DNA from: an uncultured Erysipelotrichaceae bacterium
GTDB taxonomy: Bacteria; Bacillota_I; Bacilli_A; Erysipelotrichales; Erysipelotrichaceae
Reading direction: 5' to 3'
Length of the DNA: 29,359 nt
NCBI GenBank assembly: GCA_902795875.1
Contig: CADBND010000225.1
Location: forward strand, 1-29,359
Both the position numbers and the translations under genes were made by a program. The stretch's first letter is position 1. Every line of letters begins with the position of its first letter. Shown here piece by piece: positions 9,136 to 18,452 of this stretch. The notes beneath the pieces were generated by a model. It searched no databases and had not been told where the DNA came from. It saw only the letters and a list, made by a program, of their open reading frames with translations.

Positions 9136-9660
9136 ATGAAGATCTATTGTGAAAAATGCCACGAAGACATCAGCGGCGAATGCAACAAAAACATCGAGAA
9201 CTATACAGTAGGAAGAGTCGTCTGTCCCAAATGCCATCACGAACAGAAACGCTACATTTCCGAAGCGGACATCCTTCTTTTCTTCGGTGTCAGCGAAGTC
9301 TTCTACATCCTGTTTTCTCTGCTGACCGCCTTCCTCATCAAAAAAGCAGGCCTGTCCCCTGTTTCGATCCTATTTGTGATCGTTCTGATCGTCGCATTCT
9401 TCTTCGCATCCAAGGCACTGTCTTCCGCGATCTACACAAAAGCCTTCTTCAAAAACGAGATCAGAAACAAAGTTTTCGAAGATGATAAGATCGCCATTCA
9501 AAGAAACATCTCCTGGCAGTTCGTGCTGTTCTTCGCGATCACGATCACCTTCCTAACGACAAACGAAGGAAAAGTCTTCTTCGGGATCGCCATGCCTCTG
9601 GCAGCATCATTCACATTCATAAAGCTCTATTTCCAGCTCAAATACGAAAAAAAGAAATAG
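9136..9660 (+). CDS. Hypothetical membrane protein with N-terminal Zn ribbon
   Basis: CEKC...CPKC followed by four hydrophobic segments. Has its own promoter and terminator. Confidence 0.8.
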   Translation: MKIYCEKCHEDISGECNKNIENYTVGRVVCPKCHHEQKRYISEADILLFFGVSEVFYILFSLLTAFLIKKAGLSPVSILFVIVLIVAFFFASKALSSAIYTKAFFKNEIRNKVFEDDKIAIQRNISWQFVLFFAITITFLTTNEGKVFFGIAMPLAASFTFIKLYFQLKYEKKK

Positions 9661-9695
9661 AGATCATACAGATGATCTCCATTCATACAGATGAC

Positions 9696-9721
9696 AAACG
9701 GGACTGTGAAGTCCCGTTTTA
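9696..9721. terminator. Bidirectional terminator between the Zn-ribbon gene and mglC
   Basis: AAACGGGACT-gtga-AGTCCCGTTT. Confidence 0.8.
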
Positions 9722-9730
9722 TTGTTTCAA

Positions 9731-10744
9731 TTATCTCTTTGCGATGTATTTGCGGATATCCAGCGCGATCGCAACGACGATGACGATACCCTGAACGATG
9801 TAAGTCCAAGCCGTATCGATACCTAAGAAGGTCATCTCGATCTTCAGTATTTCGAAGACCAGAACACCCATCAGGATACCGGAAACTTTACCGGTACCAC
9901 CGTTGACGGAAACGCCACCGATCGTACATCCGGCGATGGCGAACAGTTCATAACCGTTTGCCAGGTTGGAGGAAGTACCACCGGCCTTAGCACCGAGCAT
10001 GAATCCTGCCAAAGCAAACAGCGAAGCAGCGATCATATAGGAAGCGATCGTCATTCTCGTCGTATTGATACCGGAGACTTCTGCCGCATCCGGGTTACCG
10101 CCGATCGCATACATCTTCTTGCCGTAAGGCGTATGGTTGTATAAGAACCACATCACGACCATCACGACTGCCGTGACGACCGCCAGATTCGGGATCAGCT
10201 GTATGTTCAGGAAGGAACCTGCCGCCCAGTTGGTGTATTCGGGGATCAGACCACCGATCGGCTGTGCACCGGTATAGATCAGGGCAATACCGTAGACGAT
10301 CGTCTGCATACCGTAGGAACCAATGAAAGCCGGAACGTGGAGCTTGGAAACGACCAGGCCGTTGATCAGACCGATCGTCAAAGCGAAACCGATCATGACC
10401 AGGATACATACCAGCCACATGTTCATAGGTTCCATGTTCGGATACACCTTACCGGAATAATCCATCCTCTGTAAGAGCGTCGCACAGATACAGCCGGCAA
10501 GACCGACCTGACGTCCTGCAGAAAGGTCATTGTTCCTCATGATCAGAACACCCGAGATACCCAAAGCGATGACCATACGTACAGACGTATTCGCCAGCAG
10601 GTTCTTGATGTTGGCCATGGAGAAGAAACGCGGATTCTGCAAGCCGACAAAGATAGCAGAAGCGATGATCAGGATGATCAAAGCATTATTTACCAGGAAT
10701 GAAGCGATATCAAACTTTTTCCCATTTTTCGTTTTTTCAGACAT
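9731..10744 (-). CDS. mglC: Galactoside ABC transporter permease
   Basis: Hydrophobic; NDLSAGRQVGLAG, LHVPAFI, MYAIGGNPDAAEVSGIN, YELFAIAGCTIGGVS..GG.G (RbsC/MglC family). Follows mglB and mglA next to galK. Confidence 0.85.
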   Translation of the reverse strand: MSEKTKNGKKFDIASFLVNNALIILIIASAIFVGLQNPRFFSMANIKNLLANTSVRMVIALGISGVLIMRNNDLSAGRQVGLAGCICATLLQRMDYSGKVYPNMEPMNMWLVCILVMIGFALTIGLINGLVVSKLHVPAFIGSYGMQTIVYGIALIYTGAQPIGGLIPEYTNWAAGSFLNIQLIPNLAVVTAVVMVVMWFLYNHTPYGKKMYAIGGNPDAAEVSGINTTRMTIASYMIAASLFALAGFMLGAKAGGTSSNLANGYELFAIAGCTIGGVSVNGGTGKVSGILMGVLVFEILKIEMTFLGIDTAWTYIVQGIVIVVAIALDIRKYIAKR

Positions 10745-10756
10745 ACTTATTCTCCT

Positions 10757-12268
10757 TTAACTCCTGAATTTAGTAGAGAGTTCCATGATCTTTTCCTGAT
10801 TCATGTCTTTCCCTTCCACGACACCGGTGATCCGGCCTTCGCACATGACCATGATACGATCGCAGATACCGATCAGCTCCGGCATTTCGGAAGATACGAC
10901 GATGATCGTCTTGCCTTCCTTTGCCAGACGGCCAATGATTGAATAGATCTCATATTTTGCGCCGACATCGATACCTCTGGTAGGTTCATCCATGATCAGC
11001 ACATCCGGTTCCTTCGCCAGCCATCTGGAGATGATGACCTTCTGCTGGTTACCGCCGGAAAGGTTCTTGATCTGTTCTTTCGGACTCGGTGTCTTGATCG
11101 AAAGCTCACCGATCGACCTGTCGACGACCTCATTGATCGCCTTATGATCAAGCATGATTCTGTATTTCAGATAATCATTGAGGGAAGCGACAGCGACATT
11201 ATCCGTGATCGACAAGACGCCGAAGATCCCTCTTGCACGTCTGTCTTCCGTGATCAGAGCGATACCGTTTTTGATCGCATCTTCCGGACATTTGATATCA
11301 AGCTGTTTTCCATCGAAAGTGACCGTGCCTGACACCTTCCCGCGCAATCCGTAAATGGCTTCCATCAGTTCAGTCCTTTGCGCACCGACCAGGCCTGCCA
11401 CGCCATATATCTCGCCTCTCTTAACGGAGAAGGAACAATCCTTGAAGGAATTATCAAGGATCGAAGTGAAATCCTTGACCTCAAATACCGTTTCACCCGG
11501 TGTATTCACCTTTGGCGGATACAGGTCAGTCAGTTCACGTCCGACTTCCTTGGCGATGATGAAATCCGTCGTAAGACCCTTTGCAGGCCAGGTACCGATG
11601 TACTGTCCGTCACGCATGATCGTGACTTCATCCGAGATCTTCAGGATCTCATCCATTTTATGAGAGATATAGATAACACCGCATCCACGTGAAGTCAGTT
11701 GTTTTACGATCTCAAAGAGCTTATCAACTTCCTTCTGTGTCAGCGATGATGTAGGCTCATCCAAAATGATGATCTTAGCGTTTGCGCTGATCGCTTTACA
11801 GATCTCGACCAGCTGCATCTGTGACGTAGATAAAGTTCCCAACTTGTCTGTCGCCTTGAAGTTCAGCCCCAGATCGTCCAGGAGCTTCTGTGTATCTTCG
11901 TACATCTTCTTGTGATCGATCACCTTGACCGGTCCGTAAGACTTTGTCGGATATCTTCCACAGTAAATGTTTTCAGCTATAGATCTTTCACGTATCGGCA
12001 TCAGTTCCTGATGGACCATGGCGATACCTTTATTCAGCGCATCAAACGGATCGGTGATCGTTACTTCTTCACCGTTATAGATGATCTGACCCTCATCCTT
12101 CTTGTAAATGCCGAAAAGGCATTTCATCAGAGTTGATTTACCGGCACCATTCTCGCCCATCAGGGAATGAACATGTCCCGGTTTCAGTTGCAAAGAAACA
12201 TGGTCTAAAGCTTTTACGCCAGGGAAGGATTTACAGATATCTTTCATTTCAAGAATGTATTCTGACAT
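10757..12268 (-). CDS. mglA: Galactoside ABC transporter ATP-binding protein (tandem NBDs)
   Basis: GENGAGKST, IILDEPTSSL, YISHKMDE, LSGGNQQK, MDEPTRGIDVGAK. RBS AAGGAGA. Confidence 0.9.
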   Translation of the reverse strand: MSEYILEMKDICKSFPGVKALDHVSLQLKPGHVHSLMGENGAGKSTLMKCLFGIYKKDEGQIIYNGEEVTITDPFDALNKGIAMVHQELMPIRERSIAENIYCGRYPTKSYGPVKVIDHKKMYEDTQKLLDDLGLNFKATDKLGTLSTSQMQLVEICKAISANAKIIILDEPTSSLTQKEVDKLFEIVKQLTSRGCGVIYISHKMDEILKISDEVTIMRDGQYIGTWPAKGLTTDFIIAKEVGRELTDLYPPKVNTPGETVFEVKDFTSILDNSFKDCSFSVKRGEIYGVAGLVGAQRTELMEAIYGLRGKVSGTVTFDGKQLDIKCPEDAIKNGIALITEDRRARGIFGVLSITDNVAVASLNDYLKYRIMLDHKAINEVVDRSIGELSIKTPSPKEQIKNLSGGNQQKVIISRWLAKEPDVLIMDEPTRGIDVGAKYEIYSIIGRLAKEGKTIIVVSSEMPELIGICDRIMVMCEGRITGVVEGKDMNQEKIMELSTKFRS

Positions 12269-12290
12269 AATATTTCTCCTTCAAAATATG

Positions 12291-12328
12291 AAAAGAAGAG
12301 TTACATGTATGAACATGTAACTCTTCTT
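12291..12328 (-). terminator. Intercistronic hairpin between mglB and mglA (partial terminator or mRNA stabiliser)
   Basis: Perfect 16-bp stem AAGAAGAGTTACATGT-atga-ACATGTAACTCTTCTT ending in T's on the minus strand. Confidence 0.75.
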
Positions 12329-12343
12329 CAAGCAAAACTGAAA

Positions 12344-13354
12344 TTATTTGATATACTGATCAGCGTTTGCAGGTGTGACCATTACGTACGGAACGTAATT
12401 GACTTTGTTAGTGATCTCTTCACCAGCTAAGAGCTTAAGAACAGATTCACAAGCAGCAGTAGCCTGACCCTGGTCATCGTTCAGAACTGTACCAGTCATC
12501 GTACCAGCTTTGACCATTTCGCAGCATTCGACTAATGCGTCGACACCAACAAGATAGATATCCTTACCGACAGTTCTGCCGGCAGCGTTGATAGCCTGTG
12601 CAGCACCTAAAGCCATACCATCGTTGTTGCAGAATACAACTTCGATGTCATCGCCGTAAGCGTTCAGAGCAGTAGCAACCAGTTCCTGGCCCTTTGCCTG
12701 ATCCCACATACCAGTTTCCTGATATAAGCATTCAACATTTACACCGTTGTCTGTCAGATACTTGATAGAGTATTCAGTTCTGTTCTGAGCATCAGAGTTT
12801 TCAGGGTCACCCATGATCATGATGTACTTAACAACACCATCACCATTCAGGTCACCATGGTTCTCCTGATCGAAAATGATCTGGCCCTGGTAAGTACCGG
12901 AATCTCTAGCATCAGCACCAACGTAGCAAGTCTTAGGACCATAGTTGTAGTCAGCGATCTCACGGTTGATGAATACTGTAGGAATACCGGAATCTTCAAC
13001 AGCCTGTGCAAGAGCCGGAGAAGAAGTCTGGACCAGGTTGACGATCATAGCATCGACACCCTGAGAGATGAATGTGTTGACCTGTTCGGTCTGTTCAGCA
13101 ACGTCGTTCTTACCATCAACGATAGTAACTTCGTACTGCGTACCACCCTGAGCGTTGAGATCATCGAAGTACTTCTGGATGTTCTGACGATACAGAGTCA
13201 TGAAGTTGTCATCGAACTGATAGATCGCAACACCGATCTTGACTGTTTCAGGAGCTGCTTCGCCGCCGCCAGCAGGAGTTTCTTCCTTCTGACCGCATCC
13301 GGCAAGAGCGAGGACCATGAGGACAGCCAGTAAAACACTTAAAAGCTTTTTCAT
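12344..13354 (-). CDS. mglB: Galactose/glucose-binding lipoprotein of the ABC transporter
   Basis: Start moved to ATG 13354 (MKKLLSVLLAVLMVLALAGC; lipobox LAGC). Motifs YQFDDNFM, VFINRE, YVGADA, DLNGDG Ca-binding-like loop, CNNDGMALGA, GVDAL. Confidence 0.88.
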   Translation of the reverse strand: MKKLLSVLLAVLMVLALAGCGQKEETPAGGGEAAPETVKIGVAIYQFDDNFMTLYRQNIQKYFDDLNAQGGTQYEVTIVDGKNDVAEQTEQVNTFISQGVDAMIVNLVQTSSPALAQAVEDSGIPTVFINREIADYNYGPKTCYVGADARDSGTYQGQIIFDQENHGDLNGDGVVKYIMIMGDPENSDAQNRTEYSIKYLTDNGVNVECLYQETGMWDQAKGQELVATALNAYGDDIEVVFCNNDGMALGAAQAINAAGRTVGKDIYLVGVDALVECCEMVKAGTMTGTVLNDDQGQATAACESVLKLLAGEEITNKVNYVPYVMVTPANADQYIK

Positions 13355-13378
13355 CCTCGGACATAACGTCCATATATA

Positions 13379-13406
13379 ATTATAGACCAAATGAAAACGA
13401 TTACAA
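13379..13406 (-). promoter_or_regulatory. mglBAC promoter with an overlapping cre-like operator
   Basis: TTGTAA (13406-13401), 16 nt spacer, TATAAT (13384-13379). TGAAAACGATTACA at 13392-13405 fits cre consensus TGWAANCGNTNWCA. Confidence 0.7.
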
Positions 13407-13463
13407 TAAATATGATTGATAAACAGTCCACAATTGTAAGCCCGTCTTCTTTTGTACCGGAAG

Positions 13464-13491
13464 AAAAAAAGCCCTTGTTCAGACAAGGGCT
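13464..13491 (-). terminator. Terminator of the ROK-galK unit
   Basis: AGCCCTTGT-ctga-ACAAGGGCT followed by a T-tract on the minus strand. Confidence 0.85.
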
Positions 13492-13496
13492 CATAT

Positions 13497-14774
13497 CTAG
13501 ATCACAGTTCTGGTACCGAACGGTCGGACTTTGACTTCCAGCAGGCAATCCTCACCGAACGTCTGCTTCATCAGATCCCGGAAACCGTCGAGCTTATTTT
13601 GCGGAACGACACATTGTATCGTGCCTTCGAAACCGCCTCCGTGTACCCGGTATGCCCCCTCGTCTTTCAGATACATGTCCGCAAGACAAAGGCCCAAAGC
13701 CAGAGACTGGGAATAAAGACGTGAAGCCGGATAGACATTCTGCAGATATTCAAAAGAGGAACGGCCTGATTCCTTCATCAGTTTCAAAAGCGCATCGATA
13801 TCACCGTTTTTAACCGCCTCTTTCTGGGCGATCGCCCGTTTATCCTCATTGAAGAAATGGAAAGCCCTTAAGATTGCCCTGTCATTATTGACTTTTTCCC
13901 GGATCGTTTTCAGATCCTTCAGTAAAGCGTCTCTGGAAGAATCAGCCAATACTTCCACGCCGAGCTGTTCAGCAACTTCCTTTATCTCATAAGGGACCGC
14001 TGCATATTCGTGGGAAAGGTCGGAATGATCCCCTTTCGTATTGACTAAGATCAGTTCATAACCGTGGTCGGAAAAAGAGAAATCGTAGTTCTCAATGGCC
14101 GGATCCTGAGGATCCTTGAAGTCGATCGCCACAAAACCGCCCACAGAGATCGCCATCTGATCAAGAAGTCCGCTCGGCTTGCCGAAATAGACGTTTTCCG
14201 CATATTGACCAATCTTCGCCCGCAAGACGGGGTCGATCTTGTCTTCATTAAACAGCGAATTGAATATCTCCACCAGCATCACTTCGAAGCAGGCTGAAGA
14301 AGAAATACCTGATCCGACCAGGACTTTCGACTCACACAAAGCATCGAAACCGCCATATTGAAAACCGAGTTCATTGAGCCTTGCGGCAATGCCTCTCACC
14401 AGTGCTTCAGATGTATTCTTTTCCGCTTCCCGCATGCTCAGGTCAGAAAGATCCACAGAAAAATAGCCGAATCCCCTGTCCTTATAATGAACTACTGACG
14501 TTCCATTTTTCTTCACAACCGCCAGATTGTCGATGTTGAGACCTGCAGCTACGACATGACCGTGCTGATGATCGGTGTGATTGCCGCCGATCTCAGAACG
14601 TCCCGGTGAAGAGACAAAATGATAATCGCCATCTCCAAACAGTTCATAAGCGTCATCCAACAGTTTCAGGTAGCGTTCCTGTTCTTTCTTGACATCGCTT
14701 TTGCCGATGATCAAAGCCAGGACTTCATCTGCTTTTCCCGCCCTGATATATTCTTTCAGTTCGTTATAGTACAT
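13497..14774 (-). CDS. galK: Galactokinase (GHMP family)
   Basis: SPGRSEIGGNHTDH, GSGISSSA, SGLLDQ, RVHGGGFEG. Adjacent to the mgl transporter. Confidence 0.85.
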   Translation of the reverse strand: MYYNELKEYIRAGKADEVLALIIGKSDVKKEQERYLKLLDDAYELFGDGDYHFVSSPGRSEIGGNHTDHQHGHVVAAGLNIDNLAVVKKNGTSVVHYKDRGFGYFSVDLSDLSMREAEKNTSEALVRGIAARLNELGFQYGGFDALCESKVLVGSGISSSACFEVMLVEIFNSLFNEDKIDPVLRAKIGQYAENVYFGKPSGLLDQMAISVGGFVAIDFKDPQDPAIENYDFSFSDHGYELILVNTKGDHSDLSHEYAAVPYEIKEVAEQLGVEVLADSSRDALLKDLKTIREKVNNDRAILRAFHFFNEDKRAIAQKEAVKNGDIDALLKLMKESGRSSFEYLQNVYPASRLYSQSLALGLCLADMYLKDEGAYRVHGGGFEGTIQCVVPQNKLDGFRDLMKQTFGEDCLLEVKVRPFGTRTVI

Positions 14775-14775
14775 A

Positions 14776-15684
14776 TCAGTTATCCAAATGCGATTTACCG
14801 ATCATAGCAGCACCCAGGACACCCGGTTCACTCAATGTTGCTTTGAGGATCGGTACATCCCGCATGCCTTCATGTGCCATGGAACGGAAGTATTCCTTCA
14901 GTTTATCAAAATATAAAGCGGAAGAATGGGAACAGCCACCGCCGATAACGAAACAATCCGGTGCACAGATCGCTGATATGGCAGCCAGACAAGTCGCGAA
15001 ATCCTTCGCCATCTTGTCTACGATCGCCTGCGCGATCGGATTTCCTTCACTGGCAAGTACAAAGACCTTTCTTGCTGAATCAGCCTCCGGCCCGATCAGT
15101 TCGTTTCCGATCAAACCCATTGCCGTACCGGAAGCGACGGACTCGACACCACCCTTATTGAGATGAGCATATACCGGATACTGCTTTGCATCCGGATCGA
15201 CGATGACGTTGGCAACTTCTCCTGCATATCCTTTATGACCGGAGATGACTTTGCCATTGATGACTAAGGCACCGCCGATACCGGTAGAGTGAGTCAGGAA
15301 GTAGACTTCGTTGTATCCCCTGCCGGAACCAAGTACCGCTTCTGCCAGACCGGCTGCATTGGCATCGTTGTCCAAGAACACCGGGACACCGGTCGCTCTT
15401 TGCATGTTGGTCGCAAAAGGATAATCCTCGCATCCCGGAATATTGGTAGCCTGCGTGATGACGTTTCTTTCTCCGTCAACAGGTCCCGGAATCGCCAGAC
15501 CGATGGAACGCACATCTCTCAGATCGAACTGTCCCAGCAGTTCCAGCATGTTCTCTTCGATCTTTTCCGGACCTTCCAGTCCATGGGAAGGAGCGATGAC
15601 ATCCTGTACGATCTTGCCTTCTTCATCCACCTTGGCGATCCTGACATTCGTGCCGCCCAAATCGATTCCTACATAATAGTTCAT
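14776..15684 (-). CDS. ROK family sugar kinase (glucokinase-like)
   Basis: Start moved to ATG 15684 (MNYYVGIDLGGT; RBS GAGGT). Motifs GLAIPGPVD, LDNDANAAGLAE, STGIGGALV, FVIGGG. Confidence 0.88.
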   Translation of the reverse strand: MNYYVGIDLGGTNVRIAKVDEEGKIVQDVIAPSHGLEGPEKIEENMLELLGQFDLRDVRSIGLAIPGPVDGERNVITQATNIPGCEDYPFATNMQRATGVPVFLDNDANAAGLAEAVLGSGRGYNEVYFLTHSTGIGGALVINGKVISGHKGYAGEVANVIVDPDAKQYPVYAHLNKGGVESVASGTAMGLIGNELIGPEADSARKVFVLASEGNPIAQAIVDKMAKDFATCLAAISAICAPDCFVIGGGCSHSSALYFDKLKEYFRSMAHEGMRDVPILKATLSEPGVLGAAMIGKSHLDN

Positions 15685-15753
15685 GATATTTACCTCTTTT
15701 TCTTCATTATATAATTTAAATCCGATTAATAGAATTGAATGATCCAACTTTTC

Positions 15754-15782
15754 AAAAAAAACAGACACTTGAAGTGTCTGTT
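15754..15782 (-). terminator. Terminator after rimO
   Basis: AACAGACACT-tca-AGTGTCTGTT plus T-tract, starting at the rimO stop codon. Confidence 0.8.
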
Positions 15783-17073
15783 ATATGATCTCTGCGATCA
15801 GATCGTAGTCCTTATAAGAGGTGATCTTCACATCATAGAATTCGCCGATCTTAAGGCCCTCTTCATGCCGTATATAGATGACACCGTCGATCCCATCAGG
15901 TGCCGACATATAACTGCGTCCGATATAACGGTCAAATAAGGATTCGTATCTTTCGATCAGGACTTTATAGCTGTTCCCGACCCTTTCCCGGTTCTTTTCT
16001 TCGACGATCTGCCTCTGGAGGGACATGAGTCTTTCATAACGTTCATTCTTGATCTCTTCATCGACCTGTCCATCCATATCATAGGATTTCGTGTCCTCTT
16101 CCGGTGAATAAGTGAAAGCGCCGAGCGAATCAAAGCGCAGTTCCTTCACCATAGACAGTGTATCTTCAAAAGTCTCGTCTGTCTCATGGGGGAAGCCTAC
16201 GATCAAAGTCGTACGGATGCAGGCATCCGGGAAGTAGCTTCTGATCAAGGCGATCTTCTCTTTGATCAAAGCGACGCTGCCTCTTCTGTTCATCAGCTTG
16301 AGGATCGTATCGTTTCCATACTGTACGGGGATATCGAAATAAGGAAGTACTTTCTTACAGTTCTTCATTTCGATCAGCAGATCTTCCTCGATCTCATCGG
16401 GATACATGTATAAGATACGTATCCATTCAAAAGGCAGCTTGTCCAGTTCATGGATCAGGTCTTTCAAGGCAAACCTTCCGTATAAGTCATGGCCGTAATA
16501 GGTCGTATCCTGGGCGACGACATTGAGTTCTTTCACGCCGCTATCCGCCAGGATCTTAGCCTGCTCCACATTCTCTTCGATCGTGTAGGAACGACAATCT
16601 CCTCTTATCAGAGGGATCGCGCAGTATGAACAGCGGTTGTCGCATCCATCCGAGATCTTCAGATATGCAGTGTAATCGCTGTTGGCAAGTTTCCTGTTTT
16701 TCCCATAGGTATGAACGAATCTGTGATCGAACAGCTCAGAGAGCAATTCAGGAAGTTTCGGATAATCGCTGATCCTGACGAACAGATCGACTTCCGGAAA
16801 CTCCTTGAGGCAGTCTTCATAATAGCGCTGTACGAAACAGCCGGTCACGATCAGTTTCTTCAACCGGTCTTCCTTGTATTCGGCGATCTCCAGTATCGTA
16901 TCGATCGCTTCCTCTTTCGCGGAAAGGATGAAACCGCAGGTATTGATCAGGATCGCTTCACATTTTTTCAGATCTTCTTCGTATTCGAAAAACGGATCAT
17001 CGAACAAGGCAATGATGTTTTCCGAATCGACCAGATTCTTGGCACAGCCAAGAGAAATGAATCCAATTTTCAT
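15781..17073 (-). CDS. rimO: Ribosomal protein S12 methylthiotransferase
   Basis: SLGCAKNLVDSE, INTCGFI, VTGC, radical-SAM CDNRCSYC, LYMYP, YFDIPVQ, C-terminal TRAM-like domain (APDGIDG). Confidence 0.92.
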   Translation of the reverse strand: MKIGFISLGCAKNLVDSENIIALFDDPFFEYEEDLKKCEAILINTCGFILSAKEEAIDTILEIAEYKEDRLKKLIVTGCFVQRYYEDCLKEFPEVDLFVRISDYPKLPELLSELFDHRFVHTYGKNRKLANSDYTAYLKISDGCDNRCSYCAIPLIRGDCRSYTIEENVEQAKILADSGVKELNVVAQDTTYYGHDLYGRFALKDLIHELDKLPFEWIRILYMYPDEIEEDLLIEMKNCKKVLPYFDIPVQYGNDTILKLMNRRGSVALIKEKIALIRSYFPDACIRTTLIVGFPHETDETFEDTLSMVKELRFDSLGAFTYSPEEDTKSYDMDGQVDEEIKNERYERLMSLQRQIVEEKNRERVGNSYKVLIERYESLFDRYIGRSYMSAPDGIDGVIYIRHEEGLKIGEFYDVKITSYKDYDLIAEII

Positions 17074-17074
17074 A

Positions 17075-18424
17075 TCAGTTTACCAGCTCCGTCAGGTTCT
17101 TAGCCCATTTGTAACTATTATAGCGTTTCAGTGTCAGAAAGAAACGCACCACCTGTTCGATCTGACATAAAAGTACCAGAAATACGATATCTTTTACACC
17201 CAAGAATACACCCGCAAAAGCGATCGGGATCCCTACGGCATACATTATGCCGGAATCAAGCAGGTTGTAGATCCTGGAATCGCCGCCTGCTTTCAGGGTA
17301 CAGAACATCACATATGTGAAGACCCGCAGGAAAGCCTTGAAGCCATATACGTTCAGCAATTGTCTGCAGGAACTTGCAGTGGAAGGATCGGATATGTGAT
17401 AGAGCTTGAGAAAGACCGGCGAAAAAGCCACCATAAAGATCCACAGTACGATGCCCACCACGAAAGACAATCCCAGATGATATGCCGATTCCTCTTTCGC
17501 CTGTTCGATCCTTCCCTCTCCCAACAAGGTACCAACGATGATCGCCACCGCCTCGCCATATCCCCAGACAGCAAATAAAGCCATCGAAAGGATCTCCGAA
17601 CAGACATAGATGACTTCCATAGAAGAGCTTCCCAGCATGCCATAAGCTTTATTGAAAAGAGACTGCCCAAAACCAAACAGCATTTCATTGAATGCGATCG
17701 GTGCCACTTTTGCCAGAAACGGTTTCAGGAAATGCCAGTCAAACGACAGCATTTCCTTTATCCCCAGATAGAAATCCGGCTTGTCGTAATAAACATATAT
17801 AAGCATCGCCACACAGCAGATGATCTCACTGGCCAGCACCGCCATGCCTGCACCCTGCATACCTAATCTCAAAATAAAAATAAAGAGATAATTGCACAGG
17901 ATGTTGACGACGACATAGAAAGCGGAAGATATAAAAGTGACTCTTGTCCTGTGCATCGCCTGATACATGCAACGAAAAGACAAAAAGACACAAAGAAAAA
18001 CAAGAGAGACCATCACATATTTGAGATAGATCCAGGAGTACGGCATCAATTCTCTGTCGTTGAGATAGAAAAGAAGCAGCTTATCGCCGAAAAAGAACAC
18101 AGCGGCATTCCAGAACAAGGCGTTGATCAAAGAAAGGACCAGAAAGACGCCCTGCGTCCTGGCCATATTCTTGAACTGCTTTGCACCGAAGAACTGCGCT
18201 CCGAATAATGCCGCACCGGCTTCCAGCCCCCACAGCAGATAATCATGTAAGAAAGAGATGTTGTTGGCATTGCCGACAGCCGTGACCATACCGATGGAAG
18301 ACACCATGATCGAACAGATGATCGAGCGGCAGGAAAGAAGCAGTTGTGAAAGCGCACAAGGAAGTGCGATACGCAATACTCTCTTATAGAAATCCACATC
18401 TCCGATATACTTTCTGATATCCAT
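17075..18424 (-). CDS. MATE family efflux transporter
   Basis: About 12 hydrophobic segments; AQFFGAK, NILCNYLFI..GMQGAGMA, GTLLGEG, LKAGGD. Start moved to ATG 18424 (MDIRKYIGD) because the ORF extension overlaps the helicase tail. Confidence 0.9.
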   Translation of the reverse strand: MDIRKYIGDVDFYKRVLRIALPCALSQLLLSCRSIICSIMVSSIGMVTAVGNANNISFLHDYLLWGLEAGAALFGAQFFGAKQFKNMARTQGVFLVLSLINALFWNAAVFFFGDKLLLFYLNDRELMPYSWIYLKYVMVSLVFLCVFLSFRCMYQAMHRTRVTFISSAFYVVVNILCNYLFIFILRLGMQGAGMAVLASEIICCVAMLIYVYYDKPDFYLGIKEMLSFDWHFLKPFLAKVAPIAFNEMLFGFGQSLFNKAYGMLGSSSMEVIYVCSEILSMALFAVWGYGEAVAIIVGTLLGEGRIEQAKEESAYHLGLSFVVGIVLWIFMVAFSPVFLKLYHISDPSTASSCRQLLNVYGFKAFLRVFTYVMFCTLKAGGDSRIYNLLDSGIMYAVGIPIAFAGVFLGVKDIVFLVLLCQIEQVVRFFLTLKRYNSYKWAKNLTELVN

Positions 18425-18452
18425 AATCTGTATTATACAGAAAAACAAGGCA

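Noticed and set aside
12344-13354. Different codon style of mglB (GCT, GGT, ACT, AAC) as horizontal transfer
   Set aside because: Better explained by high-expression codon bias of a solute-binding protein; mglA and mglC match the background.
13355-13548. mglB ORF extension and the 65-aa ORF 13351-13548
   Set aside because: They run through the galK terminator and the mgl promoter. The signal peptide starts at 13354.
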